DNA from: Paraphysomonas bandaiensis
Lineage: Eukaryota > Protista > Chrysophyceae
Direction of reading: 5' to 3'
Length of the DNA: 64,000 nucleotides
NCBI GenBank assembly: GCA_965644295.1
Contig: CBFFRP010000009.1
Span: 75,298 to 139,297 of the forward strand
Position 1 is the first letter of the stretch. Each line of letters begins with the position of its first letter. The position numbers and the translations under genes are program-made. Positions 23,513 to 37,884 of this stretch are shown here, piece after piece. Under the pieces are notes generated by a model. The model was not told where the DNA came from. It saw nothing but the letters and a program-made list of their open reading frames with translations, and ran no database searches.

Positions 23513-24953
23513 TTAATCAATTTTACTGACAGCAATGTCCGCAACGGAGTATGTGTGCACGAGCTGCGTAATAAACGTTACACAAAGTCTTGTTAAACAA
23601 TGTCGCATCTCACCTGATGCCTAAATATAAATGAATTCAGTCTGAAGAGCAAGAAGGCTATAACAATGAAGAAAGCCATGTACTGAATCCAGGCAAACTT
23701 TAACACCTCCGAAACCGTCGGGGTGTATCTGTAAAAAATGTAAGCTACTACCCAACAACATATTAACTATTCTTACAAAATGTGTTGTGACGGTATACGG
23801 AGTGTCAGTGTCGTATTAAATACACTCGCGGCGGCCGAAGCATAGGTTGGATCATCTGGATTTATTGGGGCGCTGAAATACGAAAAATTTGGTTCGAATG
23901 ATAGGCTGACTGCAGCAAGAGAGCAAGAACCAAATATCAGGGTATAATATATTGAAAAAATAGCTACACGTACGGTTTCTAGCTGCGCTTTTCCTCAACA
24001 CAGCCGGGAAACTAACTTCTGAAGCTGACGTGTACTCGTATATAGTGGGGAGAAGAGGTTCTTTATCATAAGGGGATCGGAATCTGAACATAAAATTCGG
24101 AATTCAATCAGTCGAAGTTGATATCAACAACTCTCAAAGGTACAAAAAAAATAGCAATGGGATACTTAATTTGGTATAGGACTACAATCAACTGGCAGTG
24201 GCAGTGCGTTGAATGAAGGTAAAATCACACTTACCCTCCTTTCGCCCTCATGGGCCATCGCTGTCTGATCACCACATCGCCGTCAATTTCTAGCGACCCC
24301 ATGGCAGCTGTACCACTTGAATGTGTGATGTAGACAGCCCCATCAAAGGAAACTTTAGCTTTTTCTTGTACCCGTACATCCGCGAATATCAAAGCATCTA
24401 AGCGAGTAATCTTCTCTCCCACCGCCAATGGAAGGCGCACCCCAATCTCGACACGGTCCGTTAGACCGTCTCTGTTATCGTCCAATTCAGCACTGGTTAA
24501 GATAGATGATCGAAGCAAATCGCTGCGACTATAAAGATCGTTGATAGCAGTGGATGAACTCCAGAACAAATTCAGAGGAGAGCCATCAGAACTACACAAA
24601 ACGAAACAATTAGACATCAAAACAAAAACACACAATCCATCACCTAAATCCATGAAACTGAAAAAGGGCATTGTAGTTATATTGAAAGTCGGGTTGCTCG
24701 TATACTGTGCTTTCCTTAATCCAAAATGCTAAAGAAATATAAGTAAACACAAATACAAAACCAACCCACTCACATGATGAGCTATACGCGATAAACAGAG
24801 GCAAAAATATTAATATAAATGCATAAAATACTGTATAGAGACACGCGGCACTAGATGACTGGGCATAGTAGCGTCTGTATAAGGGCTCTCGAAACACCTG
24901 TATGTATATTAGAGGGGCGCTGAGATACCAACAACCCAAACCTCTAATGCCAT
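23513..24953 (-). CDS. TMEM231: TMEM231, ciliary transition-zone (MKS module) membrane protein; multi-exon
   Basis: MALE/VFREPLYRRYYA...IFLPLFIAY../FWIKESTVYEQP...DDNRDGLTDR...GDVVIRQ.../YTPTVSEVLKFAWIQYMAFF matches the recognised TMEM231 pattern. Stop at 23513-23515 after the last intron. Confidence 0.9.
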
Positions 24954-25105
24954 AATACTAATAGCAATAATAAGGAACTAAGAACTACTAGATCACAATC
25001 CACGATACACTGATTAGGTTAAAAATGAATGAGAACGTGGGGAGCTCTCGAAAAGATATTGAATTTATATGGAGGACCTGGTTAACAACCACTTGAATTC
25101 AAACC

Positions 25106-25108
25106 ATG

Positions 25109-25140
<32 letters not shown>

Positions 25141-25358
25141 TGTATGTATGTATGTATGTATGTATGTATGTATGTATGTATGTATGTATGTATGTATGTA
25201 TGTATGTATGTATGTATGTATGTATGTATGTATGTATGTATGTATGTATGTATGTATGTATGTATGTATGTATGTATGTATGTATGTATGTATGTATGTA
25301 TGTATGTATGTATGTATGTATGTATGTATGTATGTATGTATGTATGTATGTATGTATG

Positions 25359-25392
<34 letters not shown>

Positions 25393-26175
25393 TGTATGTA
25401 TGTATGTATGTATGTATGTATGTATGTATGTATGTATGTATGTATGTATGTATGTATGTATGTATGTATGTATGTATGTATGTATGTATGTATGTATGTA
25501 TGTATGTATGTATGTATGTATGTATGTATGTATGTATGTATGTATGTATGTGTATGTATGTATGTATGTATGTATGTATGTATGTATGTATGTATGTATG
25601 TATGTATGTATGTATGTATGTATGTATGTATGTATGTATGTATGTATGTATGTATGTATGTATGTATGTATGTATGTATGTATGTATGTATGTATGTATG
25701 TATGTATGTATGTATGTATGTATGTATGTATGTATGTATGTATGTATGTATGTATGTATGTATGTATGTATGTATGTATGTATGTATGTATGTATGTATG
25801 TATGTATGTATGTATGTATGTATGTATGTATGTATGTATGTATGTATGTATGTATGTATGTATGTATGTATGTATGTATGTATGTATGTATGTATGTATG
25901 TATGTATGTATGTATGTATGTATGTATGTATGTATGTATGTATGTATGTATGTATGTATGTATGTATGTATGTATGTATGTATGTATGTATGTATGTATG
26001 TATGTATGTATGTATGTATGTATGTATGTATGTATGTATGTATGTATGTATGTATGTATGTATGTATGTATGTATGTATGTATGTATGTATGTATGTATG
26101 TATGTATGTATGTATGTATGTATGTATGTATGTATGTATGTATGTATGTATGTATGTATGTATGTATGTATGTAT
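25106..26175. repeat. (TATG)n microsatellite, ~1.07 kb
   Basis: Nearly pure TATG with only two visible interruptions (~25361 and ~25551). Confidence 0.99.
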
Positions 26176-26271
26176 TGTGAGGATTCAACAGATGTGTTTG
26201 TCTATTTGCATCGCTTCATATTCTCTGCTCTGGGTATCACAAGATTAAAGTAGCATCTGAGTGGTGTTGCC

Positions 26272-29200
26272 ATGTCTACATCTAGTAAGAAGATGTATGA
26301 TGCCTTTTTCTGGGTTAAGCCCATCAAATCATCTGATGAATCCAAGGTAAGATATCTCGTATGTCATTTAACTCCTCTTACCTCTATATAGGTGTATGAT
26401 AAGGCTGAAGTTGTATGGCATTATCCAGAAGATGTCTCTCGTGTGGTTGCGGCATTTCGTGACATTCCGAACTTTTGTTTCCCTGATTTAGAAACACTTA
26501 AGTTGGAAAAAGCTCAGGAGGCTAGAATCGAGCACTTCACCTTTACTTTGACCGACGAGGATGGGGGGAGGGTGTATGGAGTGTGTATGAGGCATCTGGA
26601 TGGAGGGGTGGGGCAGAGGTATGATGTGAAGAGGCGTCCACGGCACTGCCTTTGCATTATAACTAAGAATCCTTTTTTTGCTATGTTTCGGTCGTGCTTG
26701 CTACAGGTATGCTCCTCTGAATCATATGCTGGTGGTCATACTTTTCTTACTTAAGGTACATTCAATGACGCTACTCGACCAATCCGAGAGCTACTCGTCC
26801 TCTAGTTGCCAGAAGCACTTCTTGGCAGCCCTGTACGCCCACAAGGTGCCCTCTGTTGGAGAGAGTGTGACTATACCCCCTAGCCCTTCCCATTGGCGCT
26901 ATACGTCCTTCTCGATGACCGCCACGGCTGGTGGATCTACTCATTCAATTGCCCCCCTTATGGAGGTCCTTGGGATAGAAAAGTTTTTTTTAATCCTCTC
27001 TGCGATATTGTGTGAGAACAGAGTGGTATTTATTGCAACCGATGTGGACAGACTCTCCGATGCTGTACATGCAGTTACATCTATGCTCCTTCCCTTCCGG
27101 TGGCAGCACATATTTATTCCCCTTTTGCCATCTAAACTCCTCACTTTTGTGTCTTCGCCAATGCCATTCATTATAGGCGTGCGTCGTTATCTCCTACCGG
27201 CCCTACTCAAGGAAGCTCTCTCGGATGTCATATTAGTGGACGCCGATTCCGGAGAGTGTACTGTAATGGGCGAGGTCAGTATCCGTGACATTCTGGGGGC
27301 CGAAGCGGCTTCCAACCAATCATCATCCTCCGCCGGAGCGCTTTCTGGTATGGGTCTCATGCGAGCAGGAGTTAAAATGTTTAGAGACAGTCAGTTGTCT
27401 GCTGGATCAGCTAGTGGCCAGCCTGTTACAGACGGACTTATGAACTCTATTCTCAATGTCATTCGGCCAGTAATGCAGAAAAAACCAGCAGGTAATTCGA
27501 CAGTGTATTCTCGGGTTGTTCGTTTGTATTGTACGGAGTAAGTACTAGGGCTCGACTGTGTTTTCAGTGGTGGTTTCACTGTACGCAAATGTTAATGAAT
27601 TCTGTAGGGGCTGGAGTAGGCATGATGCGTATGGGCCGATCTGCAGCTGACACTTCTCGAGACAAGTAAGTTTCCTTGCTAATTGAAGGATATAAATTAT
27701 CCTGGTGATATCTCTGTGGTACAGATGGATGGCAGAAGTCGATAAAGCAACACGGCAAGCACTGCTGTTATTTTATGTTTATTTGTTTGGTGACATATCG
27801 GACGACCTTAACCCCGCTGCTGCCCGAGCATCTATGGGAAACGATGATAAGACCAGTCGTGGAGAGGCGAAAAAGGGTGAAAGTTTCGGGATTGGTGATA
27901 GCCGAGCGGCTTTTAATTTACAGAGCTTCTTGGTGCGTCGACGACAGATGGGCACATCAAATTCCATTATGGAATTCCTTGATTCATTTACTCACTCTCA
28001 AATGTTTGAGCGCTTCTGTGCAGAACGAGTTCAGCTCCATCACTCACGTCATTCTTTAAGGAAGTCTGTGGGTGAGCCTCATTCCAGCGGTAAGACGGTG
28101 TTGGAGGTTGTGGAGACGGAGTACGACAAAGTATGTGTTGAGATGCGTATGCAACACTTGTCGTCCACGTTGCACAATATTCGTCACATAATCGACGAGC
28201 AAAAATGGAAAAAGCGCGGTGTAGGGTCAAGTACTGCAAGTGAATTGGGCGAACAATTTCACTCACTGGCGTTGCAGCTTACGTCGAACACATCGACAGT
28301 GGCATCCAGCGGAAAGGAGGAAATAGGGAAAGTAGTGAAGGGAAGCCTCGAGGAGGTGTGTATGAATGCAGTGTCGGATGCTGTACAAATGGAAAGGGTG
28401 CTGAAGACTGTTTGGCTGCGACTGGAGGATTGTAAGCAGTTTAATTGGAAACATGGCTTGAGGGGACTTCAACTTCTTCATGTGTTGTTGTTGCAAGGCC
28501 CACATGCTGTGCTATCTGAAGCACTTGACCACTTTAGTTTGATTCAGTCCTTGACAGAGTACAGGTATACATGCGTTTGCTTTTAGTTCTCGAACCCTGA
28601 TTTCTATTGTAGTTTCAGTCATAGTAGTACATGCCCATCTGAATCACGGCAGCTAATCAGGAGAAAAGCACATGAGATACTTTTGTTGCTGTTGGACAAC
28701 AGTTTGTTGGCATTACAACGTAGATGGGTGAGTCTCAGCCGTGTTGGGGCATTTCCGTTTTATTGCCTTCAGGAGATCATAGTCAAACAGAGGAAGGTAG
28801 ATGCTGCGAAGCTGAAAGATCGTAATTTTAACTTTCAGAGTCCAAACCAAATACCCTCATTCTCTAACTTGCATGAGTCATACCGTCCTCCTGAGTGGAC
28901 AGGAAACAGGGAAGGTCCAATTCCTTCTGCCAGTCATCCCCAAGAGCAGCCGGCGACAAGTCTCATTGACTTTGACGAGGGCTTTTTTACTCAAATCCCG
29001 AGTGAATCTACTGTAGGGGGGGTTGAATCTGTCAATGCCTGCGACACCTTTTCATCTTCCTTTGGAGACGATGTATTCGGAAACGTGCCGAATAGTGATT
29101 CTGATAAAATGGGCTTCAATTCAATGGAAAATATGAAGCAGGACGGATTCGAAGAGGTTGATAGCAACGCGTTTGATTCATTTGGAAGTACGAAACAAGA

Positions 29201-29978
29201 CAGAGACAAAGAAGTATTTGATCCATTTTTTGGAAGCTCCGCGAAAAGCTCTGGTGACGAAGACTTCGCAGTCTGTGGGTTTGATCCGTTTTCCGCAAGT
29301 TCAGAGAAAGGCTCTGTGCCTATCAACAACAATACTTTTAGTGCTGATGACCCATTTACATCAAGTCATGTTGATTTTGGATCTACACCAAATGATCCGT
29401 TTTCTTCGTTTGGAGGAAATTCCTCAGGGAGTTATTCAGATCCATTTGCCCCAACTTCTAGTATTGATCCATTTGCTGCCGGCGCCGACTCGAATGGCTG
29501 GAGTAGTGTAAGTTCCACTACGACGTCGACTGATCCTTTTGGAACGACGTCATTTGATGCATTTTCTTCAGGTAATACAACGTGTATTTCGAGTGTACCT
29601 TCCTCTGCATACAGTAGTAGTTCAGTGTTTTTAAGCAGCACAACAGTTCCGACTGCTTCTCCCGTACAGTCGAGATCTTGTGGGAGCGGATATCATGACC
29701 CCTTTGCTGACCTAGCGGCACCCCGTACTGCCCCGATTCAGCAACAACAAATAAACTCCCTCCCCTTGCCAGGTGGAAGTGGGATGATGAGCTACGGCGG
29801 TGCCTCCATGTCATCAGGATATACTCCGCAATCTACCACATTCAGGCCACCTGCAGCACACCAACCAAGCTCGTGGCCTAATGGGCGGCAATACCAAAAT
29901 TCTCAAGTTGATAGCCAAGGTAAAGAAGATCCGTTTGCCAACATATTAAGTAGCTGGGGCTCTCCACAAAAGAAGTGA
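26272..29978 (+). CDS. DENN-domain protein (uDENN/cDENN/dDENN) fused to an ENTH-like domain and a DPF-rich disordered tail
   Basis: IPNFCFP, FTFTLTDEDGGRVYGVC and CLCIITKNPFF; ILCENRVVF and PFRWQHIFIPLLP...SPMPFIIG; FTHSQMFERF. ENTH-like VWLRLEDCKQFNWKHGLRGLQLLHVLLLQG. Clathrin-box-like LIDFD and nine DPF motifs. Confidence 0.88.
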
Positions 29979-31017
29979 TACGTTGATATATTACCGTTGA
30001 GGATGCATTTACTGAGCTTTATACTCTGATATTAGCTGGTGAACTAAAGTTAGTAGCAACTTCGTGTACATGATATAACGTGGTATATTTTACGGCTGCT
30101 TGTAGAGAAGTAGGTACTGTGTTTGTGCTGATTGTTTAAGAATGAACTTCGATATGAGCTAGTAAATTTCATTACAGATGTATTACTGTCTGCAACGTGA
30201 ATATGCAAATCATTTTCATTATAATACAACAATGACTTTCGCTGGGTATTATTTTACTGACTTAGACTAGAGGCCGAACGGAATAAATGAACACTTAGAC
30301 TTTGAGCGCTGAACATGCAACAATTTCGTCTTGGTGCTTCTTCGAAAACATACTTTCGAGGATCATGTACTATTGAATATTGAATACTGTCTTGTATTAT
30401 TAGCAACAGGCGTTTAAGAGTCAGAACTAATTTATCATTCAATTTAACTAACAAGGCGATGTTAAACCTTATCCTGTCCTGATCCACTTCGCTTGGTAAA
30501 TCGCAAGACATCAATATCAAAATCATACCCACTCAAATGAGTGAACAAAGCTATGTACTCGATTTGATGCTCTTTTGTTCTTAGCAGGTGACGGTTTATT
30601 CTTGCTCAGCTTGCTTTTGCACTTTTCAACTGGCGTAGTAGTTTAGTGCAGAGTTGGACAAGATTATCCGCCAAGTTGGAGTACCCCTCCGTTGCAAAAA
30701 TTTCATTGCAGCTAGGTTCAACTAGTGCCATCAATGTAATATCACAATTATAATAAAAATATTTGGTGTAACTTCTTTGTTGGTAGTTTAGTAGAAAATG
30801 TAATTATAATTATTACGAAAGTATCACTTGCATCAACAAACACCATAACCTATCAATACTCATGCTTAAGTGTACTCATTAGAAAGTGCGAGGATAAGGA
30901 GCTCTAGAGCTCCTTCATTGTACAATGCTAGCCAATATATATCCCTCCCAGTAGATTTCAATATGTACTTTTGAATGCTTTCGACATGATAGCTCCACTA
31001 CAGCTGCGCTAACTGTA

Positions 31018-33550
31018 CTACTGGTATTTGTCAATGGCGTCAATCATCTGCTTACACTCCGAAGAATAATTAATGGGATCTACTTTCATAATCGAGCTCT
31101 TCACCCTCATTTCATCGTTCACACTTTCTTGTTTAATCCGTGCCTACAAATTGGTACGTTAATAAAGTATTCATAAACTACCTTAAGGATGCTTACTTTT
31201 CCAATGAGAGTCTGGAAGAGAGCTTTCGAGAATACCGCTTCATATCCGGCTTCATCGCCATTTAATTTCATCTGATGTAAGTCTTCTGCAGTGCACCCGA
31301 GAATTTGCTCTGCCTAAAATTACACAAAACAATGAGTAAGTCATTATCGGTTAAGGAAACTATCACTGACCGTGTCATTGAATAAACTAAACCATGACTG
31401 ACCGGAATGATCTGACATAGTTAAAGACAAAATAAACCGCCGCGTGCACTGTAAATATCATATAAAAAGGACTTGGTCAATGCAAAGTCTTAGTATTACA
31501 TAGGACTTACAGTAGGAAACTCTTGATTGCACTTTTCACAGTTCCACATTTGATTGAACCCCTCCAGCACCTGATGCACACAATTAGAGTATACCATTAC
31601 AATGAACTTTGCAACCTTTTTGTTGCAGTTACCGCTCGGACATGCAGTGTACCAGGGCTCATTGTCATGTCGGATGTAAGTAACTGTCCCTTTAAAGGAC
31701 ACATAGTCAGGCTTCTCGCCCATACCGAGACCATCATCTTTAATAGATGCAATGCTAATCCGTTGGTCAAGAGCAGCTGTTGTACCACCTACACAGCTCC
31801 AATGTCAACAATGAAGCGGAAGTGAACGTTCAACCAGAACGTACCTGTACCAGCTGCAGAAAGAGAGTTTGAGGGAGCAGAATCTCCACCCGATGCGCGC
31901 CATTGGTGCAATTGCATAGCCTCATCTATGGGAGGATTGATGGCCATATTAGAGCTCTGGCGCATACCTAGATGCAGATTAGTTTTTTCACAGCCTTTCG
32001 TCACAAACTTAACAAACTTACCCAGAGTGCGACCGTTATAATCCCCAACTACAACCCCCTTGCATGCAACAATAGGGCCTTCGTGCCAAGCTGTATCAGC
32101 CTGAATTCCACGTTAAATACTTAAAACTACATGAACTTTACAGTGATTTCATACCAGTGCCTTATCTCCCCACAAAGTGAGTCTCACGTCATATCCCGAG
32201 TCGTCATAAAGGGTCAGATCTCTCTTGTGTAGTACCTTTCCACCCATCTTCTGAGACACCACTTCAGAACAATCTGTGGCACTACGGACGATACCCAGAA
32301 CATCCACAGTGGAGTTAACTTCAACAGTTGACAAGTTCGCAATCTTCGTAAAATTATAGCTCATGGACTTGATGTCGTCATCGTCAGCTGCTGGTCGAAT
32401 TTCACTATTTGCGTCGAATGTCAACTCGTAGTCGTTCTTTATCGCGCTGTATTTTCTATCTCCGACTTTCAATCGCCCACCAGCAAACGTATATACCTAT
32501 CCCATGATTATATCTTTCCTGACAATATATAGTATGAACATTTGCACCTTTTGTTGCTCAAGAAGTTGGAACCACTTTTCACAGGAGTCCTTAAAAAACG
32601 TAGCACGAATCTCACCACCGTCGCTGTCTAACAAATCAATAGAAAAGAGAGTACCCTCGCCACGGGCGTTAGACCAACGACGAATATCACTCTTGTTGGT
32701 AATTCTAGCTTTTATGGTCCACCTAGTGCAACATATATATTACATACTGGCTTGATGATCACTGGTATTCAACCTGTTGGAGTAGGGGTTCAGTGCACGG
32801 ATGGGTACAATGCCCTGATTATGCCCGGGGCCATCCCTTGCAGTTGGCCGATGGCTAGACTGCATAGTGTCATATACCGAGGTACCACCAGATGGTCGGG
32901 AAGAGTATGGTGACGATTTATAGTCAGCGATACCACCGGTGCGTGGAGGATAATTAGCTGCTGGCGGCTGCGGTGGATGTGGTGGAAGTGAGGAGGGAGG
33001 AACATTAGGGACATTTGCAGCTGTCATATCGCCAGCGTCATCACCATCAAATCCGATGACATCAAGATCAAGTAGCACTATTATCCTGAATTTATAATTA
33101 CTGAAGGTCAAAGACACACATATGGCACGTACTGCTGTCCTTGTAGATTATTCAGTACGAAATCCGACAGCTTTATCACACTCCCAACTTTCAGTGTCCC
33201 GCCAGCAACCATCTAAATTACCATCATATAAGTTTATTTATGAATTATATGAATAATAAGAGTGTATTACATCATTTTTTTGTGTCGCCAGCATAGCATG
33301 AATTGTATCTCTCCCATCCATAAGAGATAACCTGTTCACACTCTTAGTTCAAGACACTCTCTTAGTCTATACCGTCATACCTGTATCTCTGTGGTTTGTT
33401 TTCACCAGGCTGTGTCAGCCCCTTTATTTGAGCTATCTATACAACAGCATCAACACACTCACTCATCCTATCGTCAAGTCTTACCTTCACCACGGGGTGA
33501 AAGTCTGTTTCCCCACTAAAAATTCGGGATATTGAACCGGGAATTGCCAT
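31018..33550 (-). CDS. RPA1: Replication protein A 70 kDa subunit; multi-exon
   Basis: PIRALNPYSNR/WTIKARITNK, GEGTLFSIDLLD, IKNDYELTF, VDVLGIV, VRLTLWG, and the zinc ribbon WYTACP...CNKK...CEKC; SDHSG. Confidence 0.96.
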
Positions 33551-35031
33551 GTCAATACCTCAATAGAGTGATGTGATGTATTTAATGTACGTAGAGGATG
33601 ATATGAAGTCAATCGATCCAATTCAATGAGAGTAATTCAATAATTCACTTACTGCACTTCACTCTTCAGACATGATCAGAACATCATGTTTTTTTAGGCA
33701 CTTCTTTAATCTACATAAAAAAAAAGATTCGAAATTTAAATTCGAAAGTTTGAAATGAGTTTTTTGTGCCAATCATTTTAGTGCAATCTACTGATGTCCA
33801 CATAAACTTGATATGAAGCACTTGATTGGTCCCACTGAATATCATGCATCCAGATATTGGACCGTATCTCAATTCTCAATAGTGTAGATATCTAGATACA
33901 ACATCGTTAGCTTAGGAGTTCACTACAGTGCCGCAGAGTACTGATTAGTAAATACTTATTCCTGAGGCATGATTGTATGTCAAAGATCTGGATTAAAGCA
34001 ATGATGAACTGCATGTATTCGGTGTAGATGTGAAAGAGATGACGCGACAGACTCGACAAAACAAACAAATAATCATAGAGGGTCATGAACTATTGTCGGC
34101 GTCACTAAACACATAGCAGATATGGAATATCCATGTTTTGGGAGAAAATGTCTATTACTATATGTCAAAGGGCCCACTAAACAGTATAGAGATATCGAAA
34201 AGGGCAGACACCAACTATATTCATGACGACTAGTTAACAATTGCAGGTAGATTGAAGCGTGTTATCACAAAATACGTATCAGCAATATTATTACTACAGT
34301 ATTATCTACGGGACTGTTTGTTCTGTGTAGTCAATTGACGAGAAGGGCAAAGAGTTAGTGATTATTGAGTTGGAATTGTTCATTAATGGGTTTATTGGAT
34401 GTATTTTTCGTGGATCAAGACTGACGGGAAGGTGATGAACGGCATCTTACAGATGATATGTACGACATTATCATTTATGGTAATAAATTTTATGACTGTG
34501 ATTATGCTGCCGTGTATTGCTGATAGAAATTATTTAAATCATGATAGAGAATTACATGTACTGTTGCGCAGTATCTATTTAGAACTATCATTTCAACTTA
34601 TTCTAGAATGAAGTAATAGTTCTAATGCTGTAGCTATGAGGTGAATAATATTGTATATTCCGCGAATGTCTGAGCATATGTAATATGTAACACTGCCGTG
34701 CACGACACAATAGTCAGTACATTGTAAATTAAAGTAATAGCTTCGTATATGTATATCTACGGAAGTGAATAGCACAGTCTACTTTATGACAATTACTCAT
34801 TTTAAGAACATATTTGTTTATATGATATTAAGTATTTAAGTCCACACTTATCGCCTACACATTAGAAAGTACAATAATACAGCCATGTGATGTTGTTCAA
34901 GGTTCAAGATTCAAGAATTTCTGGGCATAGAAACTAAGTGCCCATATATTCCAACGAATTAGAAAATACATGTATATAATACCCACATTTAGTATGTGAA
35001 GTCATTCGTGAAGCCTCATGAGCAAAGAGCA

Positions 35032-36053
35032 TTATTCATCACCAGTTTGGAGGGAAAACTCTCTAACATTCTCGCGCGACGATATGTTCTCTGAAGACTC
35101 CACATCAGCATCGCATGGAGCGTCTTTAGAATATAAGATAGAGAAAAGAAACCCTTTCCATTTCTTACGAACATTTGGTAGCGAATGGTATACAATGGCG
35201 TTGCAAAATCCTACGCAGTAACCCGTGTAGAATAATTTTGATAGCCATGGGCGGTGATACCCAAAAAAAGATGCAATTCGAAATACACACGGAAAGAAAA
35301 AACAAACCAGAATTACGACAGGAAACCATATGAGTTGTCGAACCACAGTTTGTATCGCAAGTGATGTGTCAGACACGCAAAGACGCTCCGGATATACAGT
35401 ATTAGATATCTGTTGCACTGATTACAAAAATATAGGCGAGAAGATAACTTTACCAGTAAAGTTCTTACACGACCGCTAACAGAAATATACACTGCGATAT
35501 CGTACACCATGGTAATCCAGAGGGGTATGTAGAAGCACACCAGGATCATAAAGACCCTTTTCTCGCTGCTAATGTCATCGCGAATCCAACTACAAAAGAA
35601 CTATGATCTACTATTCTTGTTAATATTAGTAAACTCGACTTACCAGATGTGTCTGGAGTTATCTCTGCCGTATGCATCCACTACAGCTGGAACGAGAGAT
35701 AACAGAGCTGGTATCCCCCATATAGCTATCATTTCACTACTGTTAACAATAGACTGGGTAATGTTTCTCTTTCTTCCGCGATAAAAAAGAATAAATATGG
35801 TGCGCGCAATGAAGAATGAAGTCGTACAAGTAGTGAGGCCAAAGTAATTTGAACATACAGCTTGTATTCGGCACCACGTATCAGTAGCATTCGTAAAAGC
35901 CCCAGATACATACATTCCGAAATCAGATAGCGCCAGAAAAAATAAGAGCTGGCCACATCCTGTTCTGAGGCTACTAAACATGGCTAGACTGAGAAATATT
36001 GAGCATGATCCGAGCACGCTGAAGCTGAACAATATGATCAAAGCAATATTCAT
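35032..36053 (-). CDS. 7TM GPCR of the cAMP-receptor/GCR1-like class, 3 exons
   Basis: SVLGS..I, LLFFLALSD, CRIQA, AIWGIP, C/WI across an intron, FYIPLW, LIWFPVVILVCFF and GFCNAIVY; seven hydrophobic segments. Confidence 0.8.
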
Positions 36054-36564
36054 GAGTGTGCAAAAGTTGCACAGGGTTTGATAAGCAGTAATGTAATATT
36101 ACTGGTAATGGTGATTGGTCTATATGGTAGATAAAGTAGATGATTCAACGTTGCTTGTGATTCACATCAAAGTGATAAGAATCGAGTAAGCAGACTAGCA
36201 GATGAATCCTTTAATTAAAGGAAAGGTGTGGACATTGATGTGGATAGATTGAGAGAAGTTAAGAACCTGTGAATTCTGAAGCATGGTGCGATAATTCACC
36301 GCCACCAACTAGCCAATGATAGAGCTCCTTTTCTCCGGCTGTTTGCAGAAAACATACTGAATCCCTAGTTTTTTTATTAATTTCTGTATTTTACTGTAAA
36401 CTGTCCAAAAAAACAACACAAAAATATAGGTGGGTGATTCACCAATCAACCTTCATAGAGGAGCGATGGGATAGATACTGTGAATCGGATATGATATTAT
36501 GTACATGACCGTACTCCAGTAATAGAGTAGTGGTTAACTGCAATGAGAATGGTATGGTAGCATG

Positions 36565-36705
36565 TCCAACTAGCGAATGTTGTTGAGAGGCTCTTTAGTC
36601 GTGCAAAGTTGATTATGACACCTGAGCGTAGAAACATGAATCCATATCGTCTAGAAGCCAATTACATGTTGTGGGATGCTTATACCCTCCATGAAGCCCT
36701 GCAAG
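36565..36705 (+). pseudogene. hAT-type transposase C-terminal dimerisation domain relic
   Basis: Translates, with one frameshift, as PTS..VERLFSRAKLIMTPERRNMNPYRLEA..LWDA, the hAT dimerisation consensus. No upstream open frame. Confidence 0.7.
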
Positions 36706-37884
36706 AAGGTCCTGATGTGCATGTAGAGAGAGAAGTAGTTACAATCGTTGTCTGCTATTTAACTAAAAATTAGTATATATATATTTGTATCAGGTATAGT
36801 AAGCAGTCATGACTGATTATGATGACGTTGTCTGATATGATTTTCATGTAGTATAATGCATCGACATGTGCACTTGCAAGCGTCTAGAACAGACCATCAT
36901 CATTCACCAGGACAGGCATTGTGGGGATTGGGAGGCGATGAAGAAGCCCCGTTGAGATATACTGAAAGGAAATCTTTAAATGCCTGTGTTTGACGAGTGT
37001 TAATAATGGACTGAAGGCATCAGAGTTAGCTTGAATTTGCAGCAGATTTTGGAAGAAGTGTCCTTCATGCGTCAGCGTGTAAAACTGTACCAGTGAGACT
37101 GTTTCGTTAGTTGGTTGTCATTACCGTGGGAGGACCCAGCCCAAGAGTTCCTATCCTAATACCTGCTGCTGTGAAAACTATCTTAAAGGGTCCTAATATC
37201 TGCCACTAGTATAAGAGGTATATATGCCAACGACACGGACCGCAAGTTGTTTGCATTAGTAAAAGTAGATTGGGCAGGAGCGTATATGTACCAACTTCGA
37301 CATGGTACTCGTCGTATATTCATGTAGCTATCTATATTGTTTCGGTGCATGCAATAGTAATTTGATCAGTCATCTTCAGCGTTGCTGAATTATTTAGTTG
37401 GTTGCGGTAATGCACAAGCTTGCGCTTCTTGCGTGTACCTGTCTGGGAGATGTCTGCGTCGGGTAGGGCTAAGTGTGTCTACATTGATTGGCTCGCATTT
37501 CGGCATATCCTCTGTGCAAACATCGGTCAATGACGCCCCCGTCGGCAACCAATCTACAGCTCAACCAAACTCAGAAATGTTTGTGCTAATAAATAGAACA
37601 GAATCTATCATTGGACCACCAGTCAATTTGCTGTAATTTCCTAGTCACATCGAAAATAGTGTAAAAACAAGCCATTAAATAATTCCTTTATTTTCAGTTT
37701 ACAATGACTATGTTGATTTAGTGATTATAATGGGAGAATATACTGAAGTTAACTCTGCTCTTCACGTTACACGTGAACCTTCAACTTGAGTGTTGCACAC
37801 AACCTACTTCAAGAATATATTATAATTTTAATCAAAGCACTTCCCATAGCATCTGTTTATCATATACATGTTCACCAGTGTATC

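Noticed and set aside
25069-26253. Four long ORFs of (MYVC)n and (HTYI)n
   Set aside because: Artefacts of the stop-free (TATG)n microsatellite.
30254-30730. Short ORFs between the DENN and RPA1 3' ends
   Set aside because: No consistent splice model or recognisable domain.
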